From Candidatus Woesearchaeota archaeon (lineage in GTDB: Archaea; Nanobdellota; Nanobdellia; Woesearchaeales; JABGUJ01), in NCBI GenBank assembly GCA_018646625.1, contig JABGUJ010000001.1:193534-257533 (forward strand): a DNA stretch of 64,000 bases, read 5' to 3'. Below are positions 21,688 to 30,880 of this stretch, in pieces (the first letter of the stretch is position 1; every line of letters begins with the position of its first letter). Under the pieces are notes generated by a model. It saw nothing but the letters and a program-made list of their open reading frames with translations. It made no database searches and was not told the origin of the DNA. A program made the translations under genes and the position numbers.

Positions 21688-22635
21688 ATGCCAAAGAGCG
21701 CAGTTGTAAAAGAGATTGATGGCAAACTCTTCCATAGCGATGTCCTTCTTCTACACAATCCAAAAGATCTGGCAGTAATAAATGACAACACCAGAATCAA
21801 AATCCTCAGACTTCTGAATAAAGAACCTATGTACCCTGCAGAGATTGCAAAGAAACTAAAGTTACACGAACAGAGAATATACTATCACATCAAATTACTA
21901 CTCAATGCGGGAATTATAGAAGTAACAGAAAGAAAAGAAATTAGAGGGACTGTTGCAAAAAAGCTAGCCCCAAAGAATCTCAACTTCGCGGTTTGCTTAG
22001 ATGATAAATGGAAACCAGCAAAAAGCTTATTCAGCGAAGAAGCAGACACAAAATTAAATTCATTCTTACACCCATTCATAGAAGATAACAAACTTAATGC
22101 CACAACAATTGTAGGTAGTCCAGATCCTCACGGCCCACACAAAGCCAGAGCTCGAGATGGACACTATGCAATAGATTTAGCATTATTTTTAGGAGCATTC
22201 TGCAACACACCTAAAGAGTTTTCAACGAAATTAGATGTTGATGTAAAAAGCGACAAAGCAGAAAAGAACAATATGATAATAGTTGGCGGCCCAGTAACAA
22301 ACATATTGACAGAAGAGATGAATAAACACCTTCCAATCAAATTCAACGAGAAAAAGAATTGGGCAATAGAATCAGTTAGAACAAAAAAAGTTTATACTGA
22401 TGATAATTGCGGAATCATTGCCAAAATAAGAAACCCGAATGATAAAGATAAATCAATTTTATTGATCGCAGGAATCAGATTCTCAGGAACAAAATCTGCA
22501 GTAATTGGACTAACAAGATTCCACAAACAAATACTAGAAAAATACAAAAAAGATGAAGAATTTGCATGCATCGTACAAGGATTTGACCTAGACGGTGATG
22601 GCAAAATTGATAGTATAGAGGTGCTCGAGTCATGA
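21688..22635 (+). CDS. ArsR-type HTH regulator with archaeal C-terminal domain (S-layer-C-like)
   Basis: TRIKILRLLNKEPMYPAEIAKKL...YYHIKLL; VGSPDPHG, IIVGGPVTN, C-terminal DLDGDG. Confidence 0.82.
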   Translation: MPKSAVVKEIDGKLFHSDVLLLHNPKDLAVINDNTRIKILRLLNKEPMYPAEIAKKLKLHEQRIYYHIKLLLNAGIIEVTERKEIRGTVAKKLAPKNLNFAVCLDDKWKPAKSLFSEEADTKLNSFLHPFIEDNKLNATTIVGSPDPHGPHKARARDGHYAIDLALFLGAFCNTPKEFSTKLDVDVKSDKAEKNNMIIVGGPVTNILTEEMNKHLPIKFNEKKNWAIESVRTKKVYTDDNCGIIAKIRNPNDKDKSILLIAGIRFSGTKSAVIGLTRFHKQILEKYKKDEEFACIVQGFDLDGDGKIDSIEVLES

Positions 22636-23819
22636 AAGAACTCTTAGACTATATCGAGCTCGAGATGAGCAAAGGATATTCTAAAGAACAAGTTAGAGCC
22701 AAACTTCTAAAAAACGGATACGGCCTAAAAAGCATAGATGAAGCACTCCAAGAACATGATAACCGACAAAACATAAATCTCGACATAAACAACGCACCAA
22801 AATTCACAAAACCAGACTTAAAAGGATTCTCAGACGTAGGCACACAAATCAAAGAGAACATAAACACAACTAAAGATATTCTAACCACCCAGCCAGACTC
22901 AAACATTTTTAGAAAAGAAACCCCTAAAGAAAAATCATCAAAGATATTACACATTGTAAAAAATCAGATTAAACAAACGTTCAACCAAGAACCCAAACTT
23001 AAACTTCCAAGAGATGCCAGACCAAATAAAAAAGTTCTGGAATACATAGAAAAAGAACACAAGAAAGGTTTTGAGTTAAGCTTAATACAAAGAAAACTAA
23101 TAGACTCAGGATACAATAAAGAAAAAGCTTGCGAGTGCATAGAACAATATCGAAGCACCCATGAAAAACATCTTGTAAAGTTCATCAAACGACAAAGAAG
23201 TAAAAGCATACCTCTCCCAGATATTAAGAACAAACTAGAGAGTGCAGGATATTCTAACGAAGCCATAAGAAACAGCATGGATCTATACAAAGAAGAACTT
23301 TCATCCTTAATACCAAAACAAAGCCAAAATGTAGGAATCATTATTGCAGTCAGTTTAATTTTATTATTTGGAGGCTTAGTATACGTACAACAATTATTTG
23401 ATCCTCCAGTACCAACTCAAAGCATCATAGTAGAAAATCCTAATCCTTCAGCAATGAGTGATGAAGACGTATCTACCATAGTAGATGATTTCAAAAACAG
23501 AGCCAAAGATGAATCTCCCACCGATATAGATGTTGGGAAAAAGCTAGAAGAAATAGGTCAGAAAGCCAAAGAAGATCCTACTAAACAACCAACTACCGCC
23601 GAAAGGCTAAAACAAGAAGAAAGAATGCAGGAATTGATTAATGCAGAATTAGGGGACGACCCTTGTGAACTTGCAGCAAATAAGAACGAAAAAGATCAGT
23701 GCTTCCTAAGACTCGCACAGAAAAATATTGACGAAACTTACTGTCACAAAATTAATCAAGAAGAAATAAAAAGATCTTGTATTAACACAATAAACAAAGT
23801 AAAAGTATTTATGAAATAA
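22632..23819 (+). CDS. Membrane-anchored protein with three helical 'GY' repeats and a Cys-repeat C-terminus
   Basis: KGYSKEQVRAKLLKNGY-type repeat x3, one TM, C-terminal C..KDQC..YCHKI..C. Confidence 0.75.
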   Translation: MKELLDYIELEMSKGYSKEQVRAKLLKNGYGLKSIDEALQEHDNRQNINLDINNAPKFTKPDLKGFSDVGTQIKENINTTKDILTTQPDSNIFRKETPKEKSSKILHIVKNQIKQTFNQEPKLKLPRDARPNKKVLEYIEKEHKKGFELSLIQRKLIDSGYNKEKACECIEQYRSTHEKHLVKFIKRQRSKSIPLPDIKNKLESAGYSNEAIRNSMDLYKEELSSLIPKQSQNVGIIIAVSLILLFGGLVYVQQLFDPPVPTQSIIVENPNPSAMSDEDVSTIVDDFKNRAKDESPTDIDVGKKLEEIGQKAKEDPTKQPTTAERLKQEERMQELINAELGDDPCELAANKNEKDQCFLRLAQKNIDETYCHKINQEEIKRSCINTINKVKVFMK

Positions 23820-23843
23820 AAAAAGAAATAGAAAAAAGAAAAA
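23818..23843 (-). terminator. Putative oligo-T terminator of the TRAM gene
   Basis: A-rich tract on + (T-rich on -) immediately after the stop codon, between convergent genes. Confidence 0.45.
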
Positions 23844-24521
23844 TTAAGCTTTTTCTTCTTCAGTTGGTGGTGGAGGAACGTCCATATCATCATCTGGTTC
23901 CTTTTCTTCAACTGGTTTTTCTTCAGGCTCTGGAGCTTCTTCAACTAACTCAGCAGGAGCATCACCACAACAACCACAACCTTCTGGCTTTGGTTCTTCT
24001 ACAGGTGGTTCTTCAGCAACAGGTTCTTCTGCTGGTGCAGCTTCTTCTACAGGTGCTTCTTCAGCAACAGGTTCTTCAGGTGCATCTTCAACCGGTGCAG
24101 CCTCTTCTACTGGTGCTTCTTCCGCAGCCTCTTCAGGCGCTTCCTCTGCTGGAGTGTCTTCAGAATCTTCTTCAAGTTCTGCTCCAAAATCTTCAGAATC
24201 TTCGTAATGCTCATCTGGTTCAGGCTGCATAACAGGCGCCTGCTCAGGAGTCGTAGTAACTTCATCTGCTGAAATCTCTTGAACAACCTCTCCGAATCCT
24301 ACCTTCGTTAAGGTTTTCGTAATCTTTACTTTGTAACTTTTTCCCTCTTTAGTGTTAGGGACAAAGATAACAAATCCTTTAACTTTTGCAATACCGTCGC
24401 CTTTCTCTCCGACTGCCTCAACAGTAATGCTTACTTCTTCACCTTCCGTTACAGGAGGAGTGAAACTTCCGCCCCCTCTTGGAGAACCTCTATTAAATCT
24501 ACCATTCATATTCATATACAC
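23844..24521 (-). CDS. TRAM-domain RNA-binding protein with long acidic E/A/P tail
   Basis: PPVTEGEEVSITVEAVGEKGDGIAKVKGFVIFVP; true start probably ATG 24515 or 24509. Confidence 0.9.
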   Translation of the reverse strand: MYMNMNGRFNRGSPRGGGSFTPPVTEGEEVSITVEAVGEKGDGIAKVKGFVIFVPNTKEGKSYKVKITKTLTKVGFGEVVQEISADEVTTTPEQAPVMQPEPDEHYEDSEDFGAELEEDSEDTPAEEAPEEAAEEAPVEEAAPVEDAPEEPVAEEAPVEEAAPAEEPVAEEPPVEEPKPEGCGCCGDAPAELVEEAPEPEEKPVEEKEPDDDMDVPPPPTEEEKA

Positions 24522-24688
24522 CTATATTTCATTGGTTATCTGTACCGAAGCACATACCGGGGTTTAAGGCCATTCTCTTTATAAAATTACTGGTACTTAC
24601 ACTCTAAAGCCAAAAAACATATTTAAATACGAATATTTATTAAAACTAAGAATAGGTAAACTATTTGTAAAAAAGAGATGATTAATAG

Positions 24689-25996
24689 ATGGTAAAAATC
24701 ACATATTCATTGAAAGAATTTCTGAGTCAAGAATTTGAGACTATAGCTTTAGGTCTAACTCCTAGCGGAGACATCCACCTTGGAACTTTATTTACACTCT
24801 GCCTAGGATTATTTTATATCAAAGAACACAAAAGATCAAAATTAATAGTTACAACAGTAGAAAATTCCACAGATAGCAGAAAATCAAAATACAATTATTT
24901 ACCTTTAAAAGTTCAATATCTAGAAGATGGACAATTAACACACGAACCAACAAATAAAGGGAAAGTCACCATCACAGACAGAGTCCACAGAGATGTAAAA
25001 TCATTAATGTGGCAGCTCACTAAAGTCTTCGACAAAAAAACAAAAGCAGAAAAACAGTCTGCAAAAAAAAGAATTGTCTTCTTAAGAGATCATTTTTTCA
25101 GAGAAGTGAAAAAAGTACGAGATTTTGATGTAGACATATTACAAGAAAAAGAAAATGCAGTCTTTACAATGTTTTCGGCACCCAGGATTAGAGTACTAAG
25201 TTTTTTACACACAGCACCAAATCACACTAGATTTGTAAATGCCACGAAAAAGATGTTAAGATCAAGACAACTTATGAGACAAATAAGTCGCGAAATTTTA
25301 GGTGCAGGATCATATGTAGAAAGAAAAGAAAAAATCGAAACACAAACAGGGAGAGATAAACAAGAAACAGAAGTTATAGTACATTCCGTACCAATTTATT
25401 TATATTGTCCTGACTGCAATCGGCTAACATCGCAAGGTGCACTATATTACCCTCTCTATTCAAAAAGAGGGGGTCCTTACAAAACAGAAATAGAAATAAT
25501 AAAAGACTGTCTAGTATCCCATTGTAAAAATCAAGAATGTCTTTCTAAGAGAAGTAGATTCAAAACACTTGTCACTAAGCTCCACGAGATTGATAAAATG
25601 GAGTTTCATTATTTATTCGATCCATATAGAGATTTTTTCGCACCATTTAAAGCAGACGCACATATTTTCGGAGGAGATTATGGAGACTCATTCATACACG
25701 TAAGATCCGGAAAAAAGAGCACACCTCCTGTTCAGAAAGTCGCCAAGATATTTGAAATACTAGAACAAGCTACAGGAGAAAAAGAAAAAACAATTTATGT
25801 AGGAGGGATGATTACAAGAGATGGACAAAAACTATCAAAATCCGATCCAAATGTAACATTTAGAATTAGAGATCTGAAAAAGATTAAAAAGATATTTGCA
25901 AACATAATAAAACAGATAGAAGCATTAAGAGAAGTAGAAATTGAAGATGACATTCTAAGAATCGAGTATGAAAAGATTATAAGAAACGCAGTTTAA
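24689..25996 (+). CDS. Class I lysyl-tRNA synthetase-like paralog (catalytic domain only)
   Basis: GLTPSGDIHLG (HIGH-like), YCPDC...C..C, IFGGDY, GQKLSKS (KMSKS-like); only about 50 aa follow KLSKS. Confidence 0.65.
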   Translation: MVKITYSLKEFLSQEFETIALGLTPSGDIHLGTLFTLCLGLFYIKEHKRSKLIVTTVENSTDSRKSKYNYLPLKVQYLEDGQLTHEPTNKGKVTITDRVHRDVKSLMWQLTKVFDKKTKAEKQSAKKRIVFLRDHFFREVKKVRDFDVDILQEKENAVFTMFSAPRIRVLSFLHTAPNHTRFVNATKKMLRSRQLMRQISREILGAGSYVERKEKIETQTGRDKQETEVIVHSVPIYLYCPDCNRLTSQGALYYPLYSKRGGPYKTEIEIIKDCLVSHCKNQECLSKRSRFKTLVTKLHEIDKMEFHYLFDPYRDFFAPFKADAHIFGGDYGDSFIHVRSGKKSTPPVQKVAKIFEILEQATGEKEKTIYVGGMITRDGQKLSKSDPNVTFRIRDLKKIKKIFANIIKQIEALREVEIEDDILRIEYEKIIRNAV

Positions 25997-26901
25997 TACA
26001 ACAACCGGTCCTTAGGCATTTGATCAGGATAAAACTCAGCATTAAGTATAGCTCTGTAACAATTCGCTTCATGTAAAGATAAGACCGAAGCATACATGGC
26101 TTGAAAAACATCTGCGGCTTTCTGAGGATGAAATGAGGTGAGTTGAACTTTCATTTCTTCAAGATAATGATCTAAAGTATTCAAAGGTGCAGCCCTTATT
26201 TTATCATGTGCCCCGTCAGAGGGTCCAACAACCCTCGAAGCATCTTCATCAGCCTTACCTTCCAAATCAATCGTTCCTAACGCATCAGAATATCTTTCGT
26301 TGATCTCATTAACAGCCCCAATAAAATCTGAAGATGACAAATCTTGAGATAAGTAATGTTCATACAAACAATCAATCGTTACATCATCAGGTCTAAAATC
26401 TCTTTGCGCAGCAGAAGGCGATTGAGTTAAAGTCTCTAGTTCATCGTTTGCTTCAAACATCGCATCAAGCGTAGTTGAAAGAACTCTTCTAATATCAGTA
26501 ACTTTTGGACTTGTACTAATAACTGTTTTTCCAACAGTTGTTCCAGAAAAAACCTCATATAATGCAGAATTATTATCACCAACATATCTAAGCTCAAATA
26601 AACGAACACCTTTACTTTGCTGTTTTTCAATTGGATAAATTATCTCATAAGCAGCTAATGCCTCATCAATAGAACTTGCGGATGAAACTGCAAAAGAATA
26701 ATTACTTGTATCAAGAACATCAGCAAAAGTTGCACCATCATGAATCTGTCTAACTTTGAAAGGCCTATTACAATTAAAAACAATGAAATCTCCTTGTTGA
26801 ACATCTCGAGTTTGAGGATTAACAGTTCTACCTTCAAAAACGTTTTCACCGAACTCCAACCGCTCCACAAGATGTGTGCTTAATCCTAGACCTACAAACA
26901 T
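25993..26901 (-). CDS. ASCH-domain protein with unknown C-terminal domain
   Basis: GENVFEGR...GDFIVF...TFADVL...SIDEALAAYEIIYPIEKQQSKGVRLFEL resembles the ASCH (PUA-like) consensus. Confidence 0.65.
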   Translation of the reverse strand: MFVGLGLSTHLVERLEFGENVFEGRTVNPQTRDVQQGDFIVFNCNRPFKVRQIHDGATFADVLDTSNYSFAVSSASSIDEALAAYEIIYPIEKQQSKGVRLFELRYVGDNNSALYEVFSGTTVGKTVISTSPKVTDIRRVLSTTLDAMFEANDELETLTQSPSAAQRDFRPDDVTIDCLYEHYLSQDLSSSDFIGAVNEINERYSDALGTIDLEGKADEDASRVVGPSDGAHDKIRAAPLNTLDHYLEEMKVQLTSFHPQKAADVFQAMYASVLSLHEANCYRAILNAEFYPDQMPKDRLLY

Positions 26902-27034
26902 TTTAGTACCATCTTTTTAAACTCGGAATAATAAGTAAAGAACGATCGTTTATAAATCTTTCCAAAAAGTGTCACTTATAAGTGGTTACGACAACTGGGC
27001 CGAAGAAGCTCTATAAATAAAGAAAAAGAGGATC

Positions 27035-27988
27035 TTAAAGATCCTTAAATCCTCCAGATTCAACCATAAAGTTACATTCACCATCGGCCAAATTTGGAGC
27101 ATCAATCAGCTTAGCAACCCTACTTCCTTTCTTTCCTTTCCTAAGATAAAGTCTAAAAGTAGATGCGTGTGCAACAATGTGTCCACCAATCGGTTTAGTA
27201 GGATCACCAAAAAATGCGGCAGGATCCGAACTCACCTGGTTAGTTACATAAACACAAATGTTATAGTTTCCAGCCAACTTCAGCAAAGCATGCATATGCT
27301 TGTTTAACTTTTGTTGTCTTTCCGCTAATGTTCCTCTACCAACAAACTCAGCTCTAAAGTGAGCAGTTAGAGAATCAACAATAACTAATCTAACATCAAA
27401 TCCTTTTTTGTTTATCAGCTCTTCAACTGATTCAGTTAAAAGAACTTGGTGATCGGAGTTGTAAGCTCTTGCAACTCTTATCTTTCTTAAAGTCTCTTCA
27501 GGATCTAATTGAATACCTTCCGCAAGTTGAACAATTCGCTCAGGTCTAAAAGTATTCTCTGTATCGATATATACAACGGTCGCATCAGGGTTTTGTTTAA
27601 TCATATTCACTGCAAGAATATGCCCAACCTGAGTTTTACCAGATCCAAACTCTCCAAAACATTCTGTTATGGCACCAGTTTCAAATCCTCCACCCATCAA
27701 AGTGTCAAACGCAACAGAACCTGTGGAAACTTTTTGCACCAATTCTCTTTTCTTCAACAAAGATTCACCATCTTCGAATCCCATCTCTAGTGCATCTCTT
27801 GCAAACTTAATCATCTTTCTTGCAGCAGATTCACCAACACCTGTCGCATCAACCAACTGCCCTGGTGACGCAACTGCAATACTCATCACAGTATCATAAC
27901 CCGAATCAACCAACTTTTCCATAGTTGCTGCCCCCACACCAGGCAGGTCATTTAATGTACAATCTCTATTTTCAGCTTCAGTAGACAT
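27035..27988 (-). CDS. radA: DNA repair/recombination protein RadA
   Basis: HhH LPGVG, GEFGSGKTQ, IDTENTFRPERI, LAERQQKL, PIGGHIVAH. Start chosen from the GAGGTGA SD; the ORF track starts at 28000. Confidence 0.97.
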   Translation of the reverse strand: MSTEAENRDCTLNDLPGVGAATMEKLVDSGYDTVMSIAVASPGQLVDATGVGESAARKMIKFARDALEMGFEDGESLLKKRELVQKVSTGSVAFDTLMGGGFETGAITECFGEFGSGKTQVGHILAVNMIKQNPDATVVYIDTENTFRPERIVQLAEGIQLDPEETLRKIRVARAYNSDHQVLLTESVEELINKKGFDVRLVIVDSLTAHFRAEFVGRGTLAERQQKLNKHMHALLKLAGNYNICVYVTNQVSSDPAAFFGDPTKPIGGHIVAHASTFRLYLRKGKKGSRVAKLIDAPNLADGECNFMVESGGFKDL

Positions 27989-28032
27989 CTTCATATTCAC
28001 CTCATAATGAACTATTATTTATTAATCTTAGC

Positions 28033-28302
28033 TTACCTGGCGCATTCACCAGCTACAGCTTCATCACTCATTGTTAGGTACTCAAACGCTTTGCTCAGTA
28101 CCATTGTAGCCTTTGGTAGATCACTTGCCCTCAAAGAACTAGTAGACTTCCACTCACCGCTTGGATCTTGATAACCTCTCTCCATAGAAACGGTCTTATA
28201 CTCTCGCACCTGCCCATCTTTTGTTACAGTTTGATTTTTCCATACCGCAACATTGATAGCACCTGCACGAAAACTTTTTTCAGGTAATTTCGTATTCGAC
28301 AT
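28033..28302 (-). CDS. Small putative ssDNA-binding protein (PC4-like fold)
   Basis: PEKSFRAGAINVAVWKN...ERGYQD..GEWKSTSSLRASDLPKA; AGGAGG SD; directly upstream of radA. Confidence 0.65.
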   Translation of the reverse strand: MSNTKLPEKSFRAGAINVAVWKNQTVTKDGQVREYKTVSMERGYQDPSGEWKSTSSLRASDLPKATMVLSKAFEYLTMSDEAVAGECAR

Positions 28303-28531
28303 TTTGCAAACCTCCTTGCTTATCGCATTTTATTTCACACACGCGCTAACGTGTGGGAGATGGCATTGCGCTAAAACACCACAATAGTATCAACTACAAT
28401 ACCGTTTAAATATCTCACACCAGCACATGTCTAGTGTCCAGTGAGACGGAATAATCCAGAATTAACGCCCTTAAGCTCTCACCCCGCAGTATTCACAAAC
28501 ATTTATTAACCAAACAAAAAATCAGAGAAAC

Positions 28532-28789
28532 ATGAATAGGAGATTACTAAACTATATCATTGATGTTGTAATGGGCATCGCATTTCTGGTTTGCTTTTTT
28601 ACGGGTGTATTCAAAATGCCTAAGCTAATGTCCAGTATTCTCACAAACTATCCCAGTTTCCCGCTAAAAACATTTAGCTTTATTCACGACTGGAGTGGTA
28701 TCATAATGGGCGTCCTAGTTTTAGCACACTTAGCGTTACATTGGAAATGGATGGTAGCAATGACAAAAAGTTTAATCAAGAAAAAATGA
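28532..28789 (+). CDS. DUF4405-like small membrane protein
   Basis: IHDWSG...LAHLALHWKW motif, two TMs. Confidence 0.8.
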   Translation: MNRRLLNYIIDVVMGIAFLVCFFTGVFKMPKLMSSILTNYPSFPLKTFSFIHDWSGIIMGVLVLAHLALHWKWMVAMTKSLIKKK

Positions 28790-28980
28790 AAATAATCATC
28801 CCAATACTAATTCTGCTACTGGTTTTCACAGCGTGCACACAACCTGTTGAAGAAACACTGCCGGCACCAGAAGAAAAAAGCATTGCATGCCCTTACGGTA
28901 TTGAACAAGATCCTCAACCTGGACAATGTGGATTATATGTCGACAAAGACAAAGACACAGTCTGTGATTATAGTGAATAA
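28786..28980 (+). CDS. Small Cys-motif lipoprotein
   Basis: ATGA overlap with the upstream gene; MKIIIP...FTAC lipobox-like; CPYG...PGQCGLYVDKDKDTVCDYS. Confidence 0.7.
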   Translation: MKIIIPILILLLVFTACTQPVEETLPAPEEKSIACPYGIEQDPQPGQCGLYVDKDKDTVCDYSE

Positions 28981-29793
28981 CTAAGTAAAACCGCCAACAC
29001 CTGAAAGAATAGCCATAACTAAAAATCTAGAAACAATTATTGCACCAAAAATAACAATCGGCGATGCAGCATAAAGAACTAACCCCATCTTATCTTTCTG
29101 TCTTAAGATATGAACAATAAACGGAATCATCATAAAAACGAAATATACTATAATCAACATAGTCGGATCAGAAATACTAACTTCCAACAAACCACCCAAA
29201 CTTGATGTAGCACCTTCTCCCAATTCACCAATTGCATTAACTAGTTCTCCAACTACAAAAATTAGAAAATAAGTTACACACATAGGTCCAAAAGCACACA
29301 ATAGTGAAGCAACTGCGTCAGAATAAGAACTTGTAGAATTCTTCTTAATCACATGCAAACCAATCATACCAAAAATAACCGCTTGAATCACATAAAGTAA
29401 GTAAAATAAACTGCTTGGAAACAACATAAAAGAACCTAAGAAGAAAACCAATCCAGAAACAATAGAAGCCAACACCGCAACAGCAATTGAAGAAATCACC
29501 AACTGCACCCATTTCACTTCTGAACTCATTACAGGTTGCGCGATCTGTGATGTAGCCAATGAAGATTCGGTTTGTACCTTATTTACATTAGTTGCTTGTT
29601 CCTTCTGTTCTTGCAAGTTTTTCTCAACATGTTCAGGAACTTTATCTTCTTCAGCATGTTGTATAGAATTAAACACTGCGGTGATCTCAGCAGCAGCTAA
29701 ACCATGATCAATAAGAATCTGTTTAATCTGAGTAAATGGCACTCCTTGCGCCACAGCCTCATTCACCTCTTTAATGATGTTCGCATCCACCAT
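28981..29793 (-). CDS. Polytopic membrane protein with N-terminal helical 'GY-like' module
   Basis: QGVPFTQIKQILIDHGL, then about 5 TMs. Confidence 0.72.
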   Translation of the reverse strand: MVDANIIKEVNEAVAQGVPFTQIKQILIDHGLAAAEITAVFNSIQHAEEDKVPEHVEKNLQEQKEQATNVNKVQTESSLATSQIAQPVMSSEVKWVQLVISSIAVAVLASIVSGLVFFLGSFMLFPSSLFYLLYVIQAVIFGMIGLHVIKKNSTSSYSDAVASLLCAFGPMCVTYFLIFVVGELVNAIGELGEGATSSLGGLLEVSISDPTMLIIVYFVFMMIPFIVHILRQKDKMGLVLYAASPIVIFGAIIVSRFLVMAILSGVGGFT

Positions 29794-29806
29794 ACTCTAA
29801 ACCTAA

Positions 29807-30061
29807 CTAATCTCTTTTATAAACATTTCTTCTGTGACCCACCAAAGTGACTTGAATTTTCCTGTTTCTGGAATCAATATCAGCAATCGCCCTATAATTC
29901 CCAATTCTTAATTTATAATACCCCTTAGAAGATAATTTCTCAAAAAAACGATAAGGGTTTTCTTTAGAAAGAAGAAGTTTAGTAAATATCCGAGACTTAA
30001 TAGATTTAGGCAGCTTGTTCATAAAATCAATGACCTTATCATCAAAAACCAAATCATACAT
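29807..30061 (-). CDS. relE: Type II toxin, RelE/ParE family
   Basis: YKLRIGNYRAI...VGHRRNVYK. Confidence 0.9.
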   Translation of the reverse strand: MYDLVFDDKVIDFMNKLPKSIKSRIFTKLLLSKENPYRFFEKLSSKGYYKLRIGNYRAIADIDSRNRKIQVTLVGHRRNVYKRD

Positions 30062-30297
30062 TAAAGACCTAACCTCTTCCTTGCTTCATGCTCGGTTAGG
30101 AATTTGCCTTGCTTAATTCGTTTTCTCGCAGCCTCAATGGCATCTACCGTTTCTTTTGCCAGCTTAGGTTTAGTCTTAACGGTTTTAGCTATATATACTA
30201 CCTTCTTAATTACTTCATCATAACTTTCATTCTTGTATTCTCTGAACGAATCCAATTCTTGCTTAGTTTCAGTATGAAGTTTAATTGTAGTCACCAT
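30061..30297 (-). CDS. Cognate antitoxin (RHH-like)
   Basis: TTIKLHTETKQEL...ESYDEVI...GKFLTEHEARKRLGL; 1-bp overlap with the toxin. Confidence 0.82.
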   Translation of the reverse strand: MVTTIKLHTETKQELDSFREYKNESYDEVIKKVVYIAKTVKTKPKLAKETVDAIEAARKRIKQGKFLTEHEARKRLGL

Positions 30298-30301
30298 TTT
30301 A

Positions 30302-30319
30302 GGTATACTAAAGTATACC
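30302..30319. promoter_or_regulatory. Inverted-repeat operator of the toxin-antitoxin operon
   Basis: Perfect GGTATAC-TAAA-GTATACC just upstream of the antitoxin ATG. Confidence 0.65.
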
Positions 30320-30430
30320 AGAGTATATAATACTTTCGAAATGCAAATTCCAGAAAAGATTACAGAAATATTCTTTAAGAATCTTTCTCAACAAAAACCG
30401 AAAGAAGAAACAACAGAATCGAAAGAAACT

Positions 30431-30880
30431 CTACAAATTAACCAACTTATACACACTAAACACACTAACAACTAAAAAAACAATCAATTCTCCCAAAGTG
30501 CCAGTTCTAATAAATCCTCTAATGGCGTATTTAGAAAATGGATGAAACACTTTAATCCCTTCTTTGGTCATTGCATCCGCCAACAAATGACTTATGTATC
30601 CAATTAGTGCAGCAAACACATATACCTTACCCAAAGTTAAAGAAAACAAAAAGAACACCAACAACAAAGCCCAAATACTATGGAAAAAACCTCGATGCTC
30701 AAACAAAAACGCAATGATCTTAACATTTTTACCAATTTTAGAGTCAGGATGATCAATATCAGGTAAAGCACTACAAAACATTGCAATAATAATAAACAGC
30801 ACTTGATTTGAAGGATGCAAATACTGTATACCAAATAACCCTAACAGAAAACCAAACATTAAGTGAGTCTTAAACATCAT
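30431..30880 (-). CDS. Membrane metal-dependent hydrolase (YdjM-like)
   Basis: TH, LPDIDH, HRGFFHS, SHLLAD. Confidence 0.88.
   Translation of the reverse strand: MMFKTHLMFGFLLGLFGIQYLHPSNQVLFIIIAMFCSALPDIDHPDSKIGKNVKIIAFLFEHRGFFHSIWALLLVFFLFSLTLGKVYVFAALIGYISHLLADAMTKEGIKVFHPFSKYAIRGFIRTGTLGELIVFLVVSVFSVYKLVNL

Noticed and set aside
23864..24232. L/Q/V-rich repetitive + strand ORF
   Set aside because: Antisense reading of the acidic TRAM tail repeats
24689..25996. Calling this the functional lysS
   Set aside because: No room for the anticodon-binding domain and several LysRS1 motifs are degenerate
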